A stretch of DNA of 64,000 nt from an uncultured Erythrobacter sp. (GCA_963529855.1 CAURZK010000005.1:28759-92758), one strand, 5' to 3'. Counted from the first letter of the stretch, positions 1 to 9,778 are shown. The notes: generated by a model from the sequence alone, not told the origin. Numbers and translations are program-made.

Positions 1-371
1 TTGCCTATGCGGCAAGCATAACGCCGAGCGGCCGGTTGTTGCGGCGATCTTCGGCTGAGGAAGACCGCCCCGCATTGTTCGCCGCGCAGTTCGCGCTCAC
101 CCATGTCTGCTGGCTGGCTGCTTATCCGCTCGCGGGCCAAGTTGGTGCGCTTGGCGGAATGGGAATGGCTTTCGGTGCGGCTGCTGTGCTGGCGCTGATC
201 GGCACGGTGATCGCGTTCAAAATCTGGCCCAAGGAAGATTTGGAGGTGGTGGCGCACACCCATGATGACCTGCCAGCCAATCATCCTCACCTTCTCCAAC
301 GACATCCCGGCGGCCGCACGCAACATGCATTCGTGATCGACGAATTGCATCCGCACTGGCCCATAAGGTGA
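1..371 (+). CDS. 3' end of a membrane transporter gene (MFS-like?), truncated by the window edge
   Basis: Reading frame is open from nt 3. Hydrophobic TM-like stretch AAYPLAGQVGALGGMGMAFGAAAVLALIGTVIAF is followed by a His-rich tail HTHDDLPANHPHLLQRHP..HPHWP. Stop at 369-371. Confidence 0.35.
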   Translation, partial: AYAASITPSGRLLRRSSAEEDRPALFAAQFALTHVCWLAAYPLAGQVGALGGMGMAFGAAAVLALIGTVIAFKIWPKEDLEVVAHTHDDLPANHPHLLQRHPGGRTQHAFVIDELHPHWPIR

Positions 372-512
372 TCGGTGTGATTTGATGCCCTTTGCGATCC
401 GCCAAGTTCACTATGCTAGCATTGATCGGGTAGCTTGGGCGCCGGCGACCGCCAATGTATCGCTTCGGTCGATGAAGCGCCCGGCGTGCTTGCTGAAAAT
501 GCAGGCGGTCCA

Positions 513-1460
513 GTGATTGAGCTGCGCCAGCTTCGTTATCTGCTCGCGGCGGCGGAGGCGGGTAGTTTCAGCCGGGCGGCGCGGAACCTAAATATCAAGC
601 AAGCCACACTGAGTCGTCATATCCTTGAAGTCGAAAAAAGGCTGGGCATGGTCTTGTTCGATCGCAAGACGCGCGGTGCGACCCTTACGGCGAATGGCGA
701 AAGGTATCTATGCACGGCCCAGCGTATTGTGGGCGAGTTTGCCGATCTGAATGCTTGGGTCCGCGCTACGAACGATGGCCAAGCAGGCAGGCTCGCGATC
801 GGATTTTACACATCTTTTTCGGCGGGCAACCTGCGCGCGACCCTTAGCGAGTTCGGCGAGCGGTATCCCGAGGTGAAGGTGCGCGGCTTCGAGCGCGATC
901 GTGATATGTTGCTGGCGGGGATCGAAAACGGATTGCTCGACATCGCGATCTTGGTCGGCGAAGTCCATTACCCAGGATTGATGAGCCGTCCATTTTGGAG
1001 CGAGCGATTGTTTGTGGTGCTGCCGGAAGGGCATTCCCTTGCCAGGCGTGAACGCATCCATTGGACCGACCTGACCGGCGAACGCTTCCTGTTGACCAAG
1101 CGAGATCCCGGAACCGAGACTCGCAACATGCTCTACGGCAAACTCGGGATGCCCGGATATACACCCGAGATCGACATGGAAGATGTAAGCCGAGAGACAG
1201 TGCTGAGCGTCATTTCATTTGGTAGTCATATCTCGATCGTCGCGGAATCGGCGCTGGGCATCCATGTGCCTGGAGTAACTTTCCGCGAGGTCCACGAGAA
1301 TATCGGCCATGCGCGGATTGGCTTCTCGGGCTACTGGCGTGCGGACAATGAGAATCCGGTGCTGCGCCGGTTTCTTGAGTTCGTCACCGTCCGCTATTCG
1401 ATGCCGTCGGTGCCTGGGCCGCAGCCATCTTTTCAGCAACCGGGAAAGGAGCCGTCATGA
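513..1460 (+). CDS. LysR-family transcriptional regulator
   Basis: N-terminal wHTH LRQLRYLLAAAEAGSFSRAARNLNIKQATLSRHILEVEKRLGMVLFDR. About 300 aa with a substrate-binding-type C-terminal part. Start moved to in-frame GTG 513 just before the HTH (track ORF begins at 435). Confidence 0.85.
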   Translation: MIELRQLRYLLAAAEAGSFSRAARNLNIKQATLSRHILEVEKRLGMVLFDRKTRGATLTANGERYLCTAQRIVGEFADLNAWVRATNDGQAGRLAIGFYTSFSAGNLRATLSEFGERYPEVKVRGFERDRDMLLAGIENGLLDIAILVGEVHYPGLMSRPFWSERLFVVLPEGHSLARRERIHWTDLTGERFLLTKRDPGTETRNMLYGKLGMPGYTPEIDMEDVSRETVLSVISFGSHISIVAESALGIHVPGVTFREVHENIGHARIGFSGYWRADNENPVLRRFLEFVTVRYSMPSVPGPQPSFQQPGKEPS

Positions 1461-1765
1461 CGCAAGGAAAGACACTCATCATCGTGCTGGTCACGCTCAT
1501 TATCGGGTTCGGGGCGGGCTTTGTCCTCCGCCCGGTGATCGTGCCCGTCGAGCGGACGGCGATCGTCGCCGGCCCGCCTGCCGCCGCCCCGGCGCCGGCC
1601 GAGCCGCGCGGGATGCAGTATTTCGCGGCGCATCTCGATGAAGCGCGGCAGGTCGTGGCGCAATGCGCGGAAGGAACGGCGCGCGGTGACGAGTGCGCCA
1701 ACGCCGAGCAGGCCGTGATCGAGGCGGAAGGTCGGGAGCGTTTCAAGAAGTTCATGGGGAATTGA
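1457..1765 (+). CDS. EexN/TrbK-like small membrane-anchored protein (candidate entry exclusion)
   Basis: One N-terminal TM (LIIVLVTLIIGFGAGFVL), then YFAAHLDEARQVVAQC-x9-ECANAEQA, a two-Cys/NAxxA pattern recalled from EexN-type proteins. ATGA overlap with the LysR stop. C-terminal EAEGRERFKKFMGN matches the TrbJ tail. Confidence 0.45.
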   Translation: MTQGKTLIIVLVTLIIGFGAGFVLRPVIVPVERTAIVAGPPAAAPAPAEPRGMQYFAAHLDEARQVVAQCAEGTARGDECANAEQAVIEAEGRERFKKFMGN

Positions 1766-1783
1766 GGCGAACGAACGCGGCCT

Positions 1784-2005
1784 TCATTTCCCCCGCGCAC
1801 GGTGCCGGCGAAAGGCCCGGTCGGTTTCCATGAACCGGGTGAGCATCGGCGCGACCAGCTTGTCGGGCGGGACCGGCGATACCCCGGTCTCGGCCGCAAG
1901 CGCGGCGGCATAGGCTTGCAAGTCGCGATGCACGGCGGCGGGCAGCTCCACCGTGAGTTTGATGGGCCGATCGTCGGCCAGCGGCCCCAGCTTCAATTTG
2001 GTCAT
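1784..2005 (-). CDS. DUF2274-like small protein following trbI
   Basis: 73 aa with a 4-nt overlap with the trbI stop. MTKLKLGPL..LTVELPAAVHRDLQAYA pattern, and position after trbI as recalled for ICE trb operons. Confidence 0.65.
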   Translation of the reverse strand: MTKLKLGPLADDRPIKLTVELPAAVHRDLQAYAAALAAETGVSPVPPDKLVAPMLTRFMETDRAFRRHRARGK

Positions 2006-3234
2006 CGTGTGGCTCCGATCGCCTCAAGCACTAGGTCGCGCGTAATCACGACGCGCAACGGATGCCCCGGCCGGATGGTGAGCGTCGGCTGCACGTTGAG
2101 CTGCCGACGCACGATCTGCTGGCCGGTCTGGTTGATGGTGTCCTGCGAGCCGCGCCTGAGCGCGCGGGTCAGGTCATCCTCACTGTCCGCGCCCAGTTCG
2201 GTCCCGACGCCGAGCAGCGTCGAGACGGCGGCGGCTTTCAACAGATTGCCCCAATGCTGGTTCACGCGATCCTGTAGGCCAGCATACCCCGCCGCGTCGG
2301 CGCCGGGCTGACGCTCGAGAACGATCGAGCGGCCGTCCGGCAGGATCAGGCGATCCCATGCCAGAAGCACGCGCGTCTGACCGGCGGCGATCTCGCTGTC
2401 ATATTCGCCGATCAGTCGCGCGCCCTGCGGGATGAGCAGGATGCGGCCAGTGGGACTGTCATAGACGTTGGCCGTCACCTGGGCGGTGATCTGGCCGGGA
2501 AGGTCGGAACGGATGCCGGTGATGAGCGCGGCGGGCACGATGCTGCCGGCCTGCACGATGTTGGGCGAGGCCGGCGCTGTCAGCCGCTCGACGCTCACCG
2601 TGCGCGCATTGGACGCCTGCGCCATGAAGGCCCGCTTGGCGGCCTGGTCGCCCTGCGCGGCCAAGCCATCTGGTTGTCCTGGGGGCTGCGGAGCGGCGGC
2701 GTCTGGCGCTGCCAATGCGAGGTTCGGCAGGGACGGAATCGCACCAGCCCCGGCGCTGCTGCCACCGAGGAACACGCCGCTCATGCGGGCGGCGTCGCGT
2801 TCCTGCTGCGCGCGCTGGCGGGCGGCTTCCTCGGCCTGGGCGCGCGGATCGGGCTGGGCGCCGACCGGCGGGACTGGGACATTCTCGCCGCGCTGCTGCG
2901 CGGAGACGATCGGGCCGCCGAGGTCGCCGGGAAGTGGCGGGCCGAGTTTCGGCGCCTGGCTGTAGTCGCGCGGCCCCGATGTGATTGTCTCGGAGGTGGC
3001 GCGGCTGTCGGTGCTATAGAGTTCCTTGGCCTCCTTCTCGCCCGGCGGCTTGAGCGCGTAGATCAGCGAGCCGCCGATGCCGAGGCCGGCGGCGACGCCT
3101 ATGAAGGCCAGCGCCTTGCGCGACAGCCGCATGACGCGCGGCGGATCGCCCCGAAGCTGGAAGGCTTGAGGGTCGGCGCGCGGCGCTCGCGGTGTGGCTG
3201 CCTCGGGCGGGGAATTGCCGGCGGGATCGGTCAC
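2002..3234 (-). CDS. trbI: Conjugal transfer protein TrbI (VirB10 family)
   Basis: One TM (ALAFIGVAAGLGIGGSLIYAL), a Pro/Ala-rich linker, and a conserved C-terminal region ..GARLIGEYDSEIAAGQTRVLLAWDRLILPDGRSI... GTG start overlaps the trbG stop. Confidence 0.9.
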   Translation of the reverse strand: MTDPAGNSPPEAATPRAPRADPQAFQLRGDPPRVMRLSRKALAFIGVAAGLGIGGSLIYALKPPGEKEAKELYSTDSRATSETITSGPRDYSQAPKLGPPLPGDLGGPIVSAQQRGENVPVPPVGAQPDPRAQAEEAARQRAQQERDAARMSGVFLGGSSAGAGAIPSLPNLALAAPDAAAPQPPGQPDGLAAQGDQAAKRAFMAQASNARTVSVERLTAPASPNIVQAGSIVPAALITGIRSDLPGQITAQVTANVYDSPTGRILLIPQGARLIGEYDSEIAAGQTRVLLAWDRLILPDGRSIVLERQPGADAAGYAGLQDRVNQHWGNLLKAAAVSTLLGVGTELGADSEDDLTRALRRGSQDTINQTGQQIVRRQLNVQPTLTIRPGHPLRVVITRDLVLEAIGATR

Positions 3235-4247
3235 GGCCGCCCCCTGCGCCCATCGTCACGCACGATGCGGACGCGCTGCTCGCTGCGCCGGTCGCCCAGG
3301 CGCAGCTCGGCGGCGGCGAATAGCCGGTCCACCACCATGTAGCGGCCCTGCACGCGGTAATTGACCAGCTCGACGTCGCCGGCCGCGCCGGTCACGAACA
3401 GCGGCGGCATCTCGCCCTGCGAGATCCCCGCCGGAAACTCGATGAACACCTGGGCGGAATCGTCGAACGCTCGAACGGGCTTCCACGGCACGCGGTCGCC
3501 CTCGATCCGATAGCGGAAATTGAGCGCGGCGAGGTCGATGCCGGTGGCAACGGGGGCCGAGGCGGCAGCGGCGGCATTGGCGCCGCGCAGGGCGATGAGC
3601 TGGTCCTGCGGATAAATCCAGGAGACCGATGCCATGTAGGTCGCGGACGTGGCGCGAAGCTCCACATGGTAGGTTCGCCGGTCGGTGTTGATAACGAGGT
3701 TCGTGGCGATGTCCGATCGGGTAGGCTTCACGAGGATATGCACGCGCGCCGTCGCGCCGCTGCCGCTCACCGTATCGCCGATGATCCACCTGACCGTATC
3801 GCCCGCCGCGACCGGCCCCGGCCCCACGAGCTGCTCGCCCTCTTGCAAGGCGATGTCCGTCACCTGACCGGGCGCGGTATAAACCTGATAGAGCGCGCCC
3901 TGCGTCCAGGGATATTGCTGGATGGCGTTCGCATAGCCGTCGCGGGTGGGCTGCACGCGGGCGGCGGCATTGGCCGCGCCGACACGGCGACGCGGATCGG
4001 TGGGCTCGGAAGTTGGAGCGCTGTCCGTCACCGGCTTCAATTGGCCGGGGAGCGGCAGCGGCTCGGGGATCGTCACCACCTCGACGGCACGCGGCGGTTC
4101 CGCGGCCGGCGTCGCCGCGATCTCGCGCGGCGGATCATCGTAAGCGATTGCGGGCGGCTTCGCCGATGTGGTTGCGCAGCCGGCAAGCGCGGCGGCGGAG
4201 ACGAGCAAGGCCGCCGAAGCGGAGCGGCGGAAAGGCGTGGGCGTCAT
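3231..4247 (-). CDS. trbG: Conjugal transfer protein TrbG (VirB9 family lipoprotein)
   Basis: Signal peptide plus lipobox LVSAAALAGC, and ..YRIEGDRVPWKPVRAFDDSAQVFIEFP... Only the last 338 codons of the 897-aa track ORF are used. ATG 4247 overlaps the trbF stop (ATGA). Confidence 0.9.
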   Translation of the reverse strand: MTPTPFRRSASAALLVSAAALAGCATTSAKPPAIAYDDPPREIAATPAAEPPRAVEVVTIPEPLPLPGQLKPVTDSAPTSEPTDPRRRVGAANAAARVQPTRDGYANAIQQYPWTQGALYQVYTAPGQVTDIALQEGEQLVGPGPVAAGDTVRWIIGDTVSGSGATARVHILVKPTRSDIATNLVINTDRRTYHVELRATSATYMASVSWIYPQDQLIALRGANAAAAASAPVATGIDLAALNFRYRIEGDRVPWKPVRAFDDSAQVFIEFPAGISQGEMPPLFVTGAAGDVELVNYRVQGRYMVVDRLFAAAELRLGDRRSEQRVRIVRDDGRRGRP

Positions 4248-4927
4248 TGCGACAGCTCCTTTGACCAGTTGAGGGCGTTCACGAAGACGCCGAGCGGATT
4301 CTTGCGCAGTGCGTCGGGCGTGCGCGGCGGTTGCACGACGATGGTGAGAATGGCCGACCAGCGTTCGGTGGCGGCGAGGCTCCCGTCCTGATAGCGGCGC
4401 TCGGTCCAGGCCACGCGAAAGCTGTCGGGCGACGCGCGGATCACGCTCGACACGTCCACCGCGACCTGCACGCGGCCAACATTGGCGAAGGGGTCGTTGG
4501 CGCGCGCGTAGTCGTTGAGCGCCAGCGCGCCCTTGTCGGTGGTGAAGTCGTAGGCCCGGAGCCAGTTCTGACGGACGATCACCGGATCGGCCGGGATCGC
4601 GCGGACCTGCTCGATGAAGCGGGCGAGGTGGAACGCGATCTGCGGATCGGTGGGACGGTAGCCGACTTGGGCGGGAGCGACGGCCTGGGCCTCGCCCAGC
4701 CGATCGACCTGCACCACCCAGGGCACGATATGCCCGCGCGCCGATTGCCACACGATACCGGCGGCAAGACCGCCGGAGAGAGCCAGCGCGCCGAAGAAGG
4801 CGAGGCGCCAGTTCCTTGCCTGAACACGCGCGGCACCGATGCGGTCGTCCCATAGCTGGGCTGCACGCTGATAAGGTGTCGTGGGTTCGGGCGTCTGGCC
4901 GTAGCGGATGGTGGGGCGTCGGAACAT
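4244..4927 (-). CDS. trbF: Conjugal transfer protein TrbF (VirB8-like)
   Basis: RAAQLWDDRIG, TM FFGALALSGGLAAGIVW, VPWVVQVDRLGEAQ. Lies between trbL and trbG. Confidence 0.9.
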   Translation of the reverse strand: MFRRPTIRYGQTPEPTTPYQRAAQLWDDRIGAARVQARNWRLAFFGALALSGGLAAGIVWQSARGHIVPWVVQVDRLGEAQAVAPAQVGYRPTDPQIAFHLARFIEQVRAIPADPVIVRQNWLRAYDFTTDKGALALNDYARANDPFANVGRVQVAVDVSSVIRASPDSFRVAWTERRYQDGSLAATERWSAILTIVVQPPRTPDALRKNPLGVFVNALNWSKELSQ

Positions 4928-4933
4928 GGAGGA

Positions 4934-6319
4934 TCAGTCCTTCTCTTTGATGTCGGGACCGCCGCCACCGCCGTGGCTGTCGCCGGCCTTCATGGTGTGG
5001 GCGAGCACGGTCGCGCCGTGGCTGACGGACTGGCGGCGTTTCATCGCGGCGGCCCATGCGGGTTGGGCCGACGTGCCGGCCGGTGCGGAACCGCCAGCGG
5101 TTGCGGCCGCCGGGGCGGCGGATGCGGGTCCGCCGGTGATCGTGCCGCCGGTGGCGGTGAACCCGGCGCGAGCGCCCGAGCGGAAATTGGCCTTCATCGC
5201 CGCGCCGCCCTTGGCGGCCGCCTTGCGCAAGGGCGAGAGGGCAGCGTTCGCCGCGCTTCCCGCCGCCGCCTGGCCGATCGCGGCCATGCCGCCCGCGACA
5301 GCGCCCGCGCCGCTCTTGCCAAACGAACCGAGGCTGTAGGCGCTGGTCGCGCCGCCTGCCATCTGAGCGCCGCCACGCGCAGCGGCGCCGGTCATCCGAC
5401 CGGCTGCGCCGAGGGCGGACCCGGCCGCCCCGACGCCAAGCCGTGCCGCGGCCGCGCCGCCGACCAGCGCGCCGCCTGCGGCCAGCGCGGTCCCGGCCGC
5501 CGCACCCGCGCCGAGCTGCGGGCCGCCCGAGACGATGCCGTTGGCGATGCCGGGACCGAAGATCGATAGGCCCAGGAGCGACAGCGCGGCGAGCGCGATG
5601 GCCATGACCTGATTGATGTCGGGCGCAGGGCCGAGGGCTGCGCCGGTGAACTGGCTGAACAGCGTGGTGCCGATGCCGGTGATGACCGCCAGCACCAGCA
5701 CCTTGATGCCGGTCGAGACGACATGGCCCAGCACACGCTCGGCCATGAAGGCAGTCTTGTTGAAGAACGCGAACGGCAGCAGGACGAAGCCGGCGAGCGT
5801 CACCAGCTTGAACTCGATCAGCGTGATGAAGACCTGCACGGCGATGATGAAGAAGGCGAGCACCACGATCACCCAGGCGAGCAGCAGCACGAGGATCAGC
5901 GCGAGGTTCGAGAACACGGCCCAAAGGCTGGAGAACTGCCCCGCCGCATCGAGCAGCGGTTTGGCGGCTTCGAGCCCCTTCGCCGCGATCGTGCCGGGCT
6001 TCATGAACTCGTCGATCGTCATGGCGCCGCCGCTGGCCTGGAGGCCGAGCCCGGCGAAGCTCTCGAACACGATGGTCGCGAGCAGCGAGAAATTGCCGAT
6101 GATGAAGGCGAAGGTGCCGATGTAGAGCGTCTTCTTGACGAGGCGTTGCAACACGTCCTCATCCGCGCCCCAGGCCCAGAACAGACCGGCGAGCGTCACG
6201 TCGATGGCGATCAGCGTGGTCGAGAGGAACGCGACCTCGCCGCCGAGCAGCCCGAATCCGCTGTCGATGTAGCCGGTGAAGACACCCAGGAAATTGTCGA
6301 TAACGCCGGTGTCGTTCAT
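4934..6319 (-). CDS. trbL: Conjugal transfer protein TrbL (VirB6-like)
   Basis: Polytopic membrane protein with at least 6 hydrophobic segments and a long Gly/Ala-rich C-terminal tail. Gene order is trbJ-K-L-F. Confidence 0.9.
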   Translation of the reverse strand: MNDTGVIDNFLGVFTGYIDSGFGLLGGEVAFLSTTLIAIDVTLAGLFWAWGADEDVLQRLVKKTLYIGTFAFIIGNFSLLATIVFESFAGLGLQASGGAMTIDEFMKPGTIAAKGLEAAKPLLDAAGQFSSLWAVFSNLALILVLLLAWVIVVLAFFIIAVQVFITLIEFKLVTLAGFVLLPFAFFNKTAFMAERVLGHVVSTGIKVLVLAVITGIGTTLFSQFTGAALGPAPDINQVMAIALAALSLLGLSIFGPGIANGIVSGGPQLGAGAAAGTALAAGGALVGGAAAARLGVGAAGSALGAAGRMTGAAARGGAQMAGGATSAYSLGSFGKSGAGAVAGGMAAIGQAAAGSAANAALSPLRKAAAKGGAAMKANFRSGARAGFTATGGTITGGPASAAPAAATAGGSAPAGTSAQPAWAAAMKRRQSVSHGATVLAHTMKAGDSHGGGGGPDIKEKD

Positions 6320-6618
6320 GGCCGGACGCCTTCGTCCGGCGCCATGTCGCCGCCCCGCTCCGTCGCGGGCGCGGACTCGTCCTGGCGGAAGAAGCGACGG
6401 CGATTGGCGGCCCAGGCCGCTTCGCAGGCGCTGTCCGGCATGGTCAGCGAGGCGCAGCGGTCCAGCTCGCGGGCGAGCCTGGCCTGGCCTTCATCCGCCG
6501 GCAGGATGAGCGGCGGCGCGGGCACAGGGTCATCGGGCTGGACGGCGGCGACGATCGCTACCGTCATCATCAGCCCGGCCAGCGCCGCCACCCCTGCGAT
6601 CTTCGCCGTGCGCGACAT
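6316..6618 (-). CDS. TrbK-alt-like small anchored protein (candidate entry exclusion)
   Basis: Hydrophobic anchor IAGVAALAGLMMTVAIVAAV and a Cys pair DRCASLTMPDSACEAAWAANRRRFF. Sits in the trbJ-trbL slot with a 4-nt overlap with trbL. Confidence 0.5.
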   Translation of the reverse strand: MSRTAKIAGVAALAGLMMTVAIVAAVQPDDPVPAPPLILPADEGQARLARELDRCASLTMPDSACEAAWAANRRRFFRQDESAPATERGGDMAPDEGVRP

Positions 6619-6626
6619 CGGGCGTC

Positions 6627-7343
6627 TCAGTTGCCCATGAAGCGGCGGAACCGCTCGCGGCCCTCGGCTTCTTCGGCCGCCTGGCGGGCGGATTGCAGCG
6701 CCTGCGCCCGGCCCTGCGCCGCAACGGCGGCGGTGAGGTCCGCGAGCTGCTGCGATTGCAGGGCGAGAAGCTGGTTGCCCGCCTGTGCCGCCTGGAGCGC
6801 GCCCGTTGCGGACTGGCTGGCCGAGACCAGGCTGTCCATCGTCGTGCGCGTGCCTTCGATGTTGCCGACGACGCCGGCCTGCACCTGCAGGGCGTCTTGG
6901 AACGCGCCGACGCTATCCTCCCAGCGGGCATTGGCGTTGGCGACCATCTGCGCGTGATCGCCGGTCAGCGCCGCGCCCTTGTAGCGGCCGTTGAACGCCT
7001 GCTGGATGTCCTGCACGTCGTAGGCGATGCGCTGGGCCTCGGAGAGAAGCTGCTGGGTGCGCTGCACCTGTTGCTGGAGCTGCTGAAGCGAGGAGAACGG
7101 CAGCGAGGTGAGGTTGCGGGCCTCGTTGATGAGGCTCGTGGCTCCTTGCTGGATTTGCTGGATCTGATTGTTGATCTGCTGGAGCGACCGCGCGGCCGTC
7201 AGCACGTTCTGCGCGTAATTGGTCGGGTCATAGACGATGCCGCCGAACTGCGCGTAGGCTGGCATGGGCGCGATCATCGGCACGACGGCCGCGCTGGCGA
7301 GGACGCCGGCCAAGATGGCGCGGCGCAGGGGGAATCCCGTCAT
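6627..7343 (-). CDS. trbJ: Conjugal transfer protein TrbJ (VirB5-like)
   Basis: Signal peptide (..VVPMIAPMPAYAQ), FGGIVYDPTNYAQNVL, and a Gln-rich coiled coil QQINNQIQQIQQ. ATG 7343 overlaps the trbE stop. Confidence 0.85.
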   Translation of the reverse strand: MTGFPLRRAILAGVLASAAVVPMIAPMPAYAQFGGIVYDPTNYAQNVLTAARSLQQINNQIQQIQQGATSLINEARNLTSLPFSSLQQLQQQVQRTQQLLSEAQRIAYDVQDIQQAFNGRYKGAALTGDHAQMVANANARWEDSVGAFQDALQVQAGVVGNIEGTRTTMDSLVSASQSATGALQAAQAGNQLLALQSQQLADLTAAVAAQGRAQALQSARQAAEEAEGRERFRRFMGN

Positions 7344-9778
7344 AGAGGTAACTCCTGCTGGCTGGGGGGAAGAAGCTCGACGGCCCAGGCGCAGCCGCGA
7401 TGGCGCAGCCATTCGGCTGCGAACGCGGGTGCCCCGTGGGTTTCGATGATGTCGGCGATGGCGAGCTGGTCGGTCTTCGACGACGCGGCGGTAAAGGTCA
7501 GCGCGACCTCACCCAGCCCCAGCTCGAACAGGCGATTGCCGCGCCTGCTTTGACAGTAATAATCCCGCTTGGGCGTTGCCCGGCTGAGGATTTCGATCTG
7601 CCGGGCGTTCAAGCCGAACCGCTCGTAGATCGCCGCGATCTGCGGCTCGGCCGCGCGCTCGTTCGGTAGGAAGATGCGCGTCGGGCAGGACTCGATGATG
7701 GCCGGCGCGATGCTCGACGTCTCGATGTCGGCGAGGCTCTGCGTCGCGAAGACGACGCTGGCATTGCGCTTGCGCAAGGTCTTCAGCCACTCGCGGAGCT
7801 GCGCGGCGAAGTCCGGGCTGTCGAGGACCAGCCAGCCCTCGTCGATGATGATGAGCGTCGGCGAGCCGTCCAGCCGCCCTTCGATCCGGTGGAACAGATA
7901 GGAGAGCACCGCGGCGGCCGAGCCGGCGCCGACCAGCCCCTCGGTCTCGAAGGCTTGCATGTCGGCTTCGCCCAGCCGCTCGGCCTCGGCGTCGAGCAGC
8001 CGGCCCCACGGCCCGCCGATGCAATAGGGCGCGAGCGCCTGCTTGAGCTGCTGGCTCTGCAACAGGACCGCGAGCCCTGTCAGCGTGCGTTCGGCGGGCG
8101 GTGCGCTGGCGAGCGATCCGAGCGCCGACCAGATATGCTCCTTGGCCTGGGGATCGACCGCGACGCCTTCGCTGGCGAGGATCGCCGCCAGCCATTCGGC
8201 CGCCCAGGCGCGTTCGGCCGGATCGTCGATATGGGCGAGCGGCTGCAACTGGACGCCGGCTTCATCGTCGGAGAGGCTACCGCCGAGATCCTGCCAGTCC
8301 CCGCCACAGGCGATGGCGGCGGCGCGGATGCTGCCGCCGAAGTCGAAGGCGAAAACCTGGCTGTTCTCGTAGCGGCGGAACTGCATCGCCATCAGCGCGA
8401 GCAGCACCGACTTGCCGGCGCCGGTCGGGCCGACGATCAGCGTGTGCCCGACATCGCTGCCATCGGGATGAAGGGAAAACCGGAACGGGGTCGAGCCTTC
8501 GGTCCTGCCATAGAGCAAGGGGGGTTGTCCGAAGTGCTCGTCCCGTTCCGGCCCCGCCCATACTGCTGACAGGGGGATCAGGTGGGCGAGATTGATGGTG
8601 GAGATCGGCGGTTGCCGGACGTTGGCGTAGGTATGGCCGGGCAAGCTTCCCAGCCATGCCTCGATCGCGTTCATCCCCTCGGGGATCACGGTGAAGTCGC
8701 GGCCCTGGATGACCTTCTCGACCAATCGCAGCTTCTCGGCGGCGATGGCGGGATCGCGGTCCCATACCGTCACCGTCGCGGTGACGTAGGCCATGCCGGC
8801 ATAGTCGGAGCCCAGTTCCTGCAGGGCGATGTCGGCGTCGGCGGCCTTGTTCGAGGCGTCGCTGTCCAGCAGCGTGCTCGCCTCGTTGGTCATGACTTCC
8901 TTGAGAATCGCCGCGACCGACTTGCGCTTGGCGAACCATTGCCGCCGGATGCGGGTGAGCAGCTTGGTCGCGTCGGTCTTGTCGAGCATGATCGCGCGGG
9001 TCGCCCAGCGATACTCGAAGGCGAGGCGGTTCAGCTCGTCGAGCAGGCCGGGGAACGTGACGCTGGGGAATCCCGTGATCGTCAGCGTGCGGAGATGATG
9101 GTCGCCCAGGCGCGGTTCGAGCCCGCCGGTCAGCGGCTCGTCTGCGAGCAGCGCGTCGAGGTGCATCGGGGTTTCCGGCACGCGCACGCGCTGGCGCCGG
9201 GTCGAGATGGTGCTGTGCAGGTAGGTCAGCGTCTCGCCGTCATCGAGCCAGCGGACTTCGGGCACGAAGCCCTCGACCAGATTGAGCACGCGGTCGCTGC
9301 GATCGGTGAAGCCCTTGAGCAGCTCCCACGGATCGACGCCGCTGGTGGACCGGCCCTCGTAGAGCCAGCCTTCGGCCCGCGCGGCTTCCTCCGCCGGCGG
9401 CATCCACAGCAGCGTCAGATAGTAGGCGCTCTCGAAATGCGCGCCTTCCTCGCGGAACTGTTCGCGCCGTTCCATGTCCACGAGGGCGGAGACGGGATCG
9501 GGAAAGTCGGATTCCGGGTAGTTGAGCGCGGGCGTCCGCTGCGCCTCGACAAAGATCGCCCAGCCCGAACCGAGACGCCGCAGCGCGTTGTTGAGCCGTG
9601 CCGTGGTGGCGACCAGCTCGGCCGGCGTGGCGCTGTCGAGATCGGGGCCACGGAAACGGGCCGTGCGCTGAAAGCTGCCGTCCTTGTTGAGAACGACGCC
9701 TTCGCCGACCAATGCCGCCCAGGGCAGGAAGTCGGCTAGGTGCGCGGCGCGATTCCGGTATTCGCGCAGGCTCATCAT
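7340..9778 (-). CDS. trbE: Conjugal transfer ATPase TrbE (VirB4 family)
   Basis: 812 aa with Walker A GPTGAGKS and Walker B-like TLIIIDEGW. ATG 9778 overlaps the trbD stop (track ORF starts at 9790). Confidence 0.95.
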   Translation of the reverse strand: MMSLREYRNRAAHLADFLPWAALVGEGVVLNKDGSFQRTARFRGPDLDSATPAELVATTARLNNALRRLGSGWAIFVEAQRTPALNYPESDFPDPVSALVDMERREQFREEGAHFESAYYLTLLWMPPAEEAARAEGWLYEGRSTSGVDPWELLKGFTDRSDRVLNLVEGFVPEVRWLDDGETLTYLHSTISTRRQRVRVPETPMHLDALLADEPLTGGLEPRLGDHHLRTLTITGFPSVTFPGLLDELNRLAFEYRWATRAIMLDKTDATKLLTRIRRQWFAKRKSVAAILKEVMTNEASTLLDSDASNKAADADIALQELGSDYAGMAYVTATVTVWDRDPAIAAEKLRLVEKVIQGRDFTVIPEGMNAIEAWLGSLPGHTYANVRQPPISTINLAHLIPLSAVWAGPERDEHFGQPPLLYGRTEGSTPFRFSLHPDGSDVGHTLIVGPTGAGKSVLLALMAMQFRRYENSQVFAFDFGGSIRAAAIACGGDWQDLGGSLSDDEAGVQLQPLAHIDDPAERAWAAEWLAAILASEGVAVDPQAKEHIWSALGSLASAPPAERTLTGLAVLLQSQQLKQALAPYCIGGPWGRLLDAEAERLGEADMQAFETEGLVGAGSAAAVLSYLFHRIEGRLDGSPTLIIIDEGWLVLDSPDFAAQLREWLKTLRKRNASVVFATQSLADIETSSIAPAIIESCPTRIFLPNERAAEPQIAAIYERFGLNARQIEILSRATPKRDYYCQSRRGNRLFELGLGEVALTFTAASSKTDQLAIADIIETHGAPAFAAEWLRHRGCAWAVELLPPSQQELPL

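Noticed and set aside
3231-5924. 897-aa minus-strand ORF spanning trbG, trbF and part of trbL
   Set aside because: Only the last 338 codons (from ATG 4247) read like a protein (TrbG). The upstream part is Arg/Gly/Pro/Ala-rich off-frame translation of the trbF and trbL regions, which is typical of high-GC DNA.
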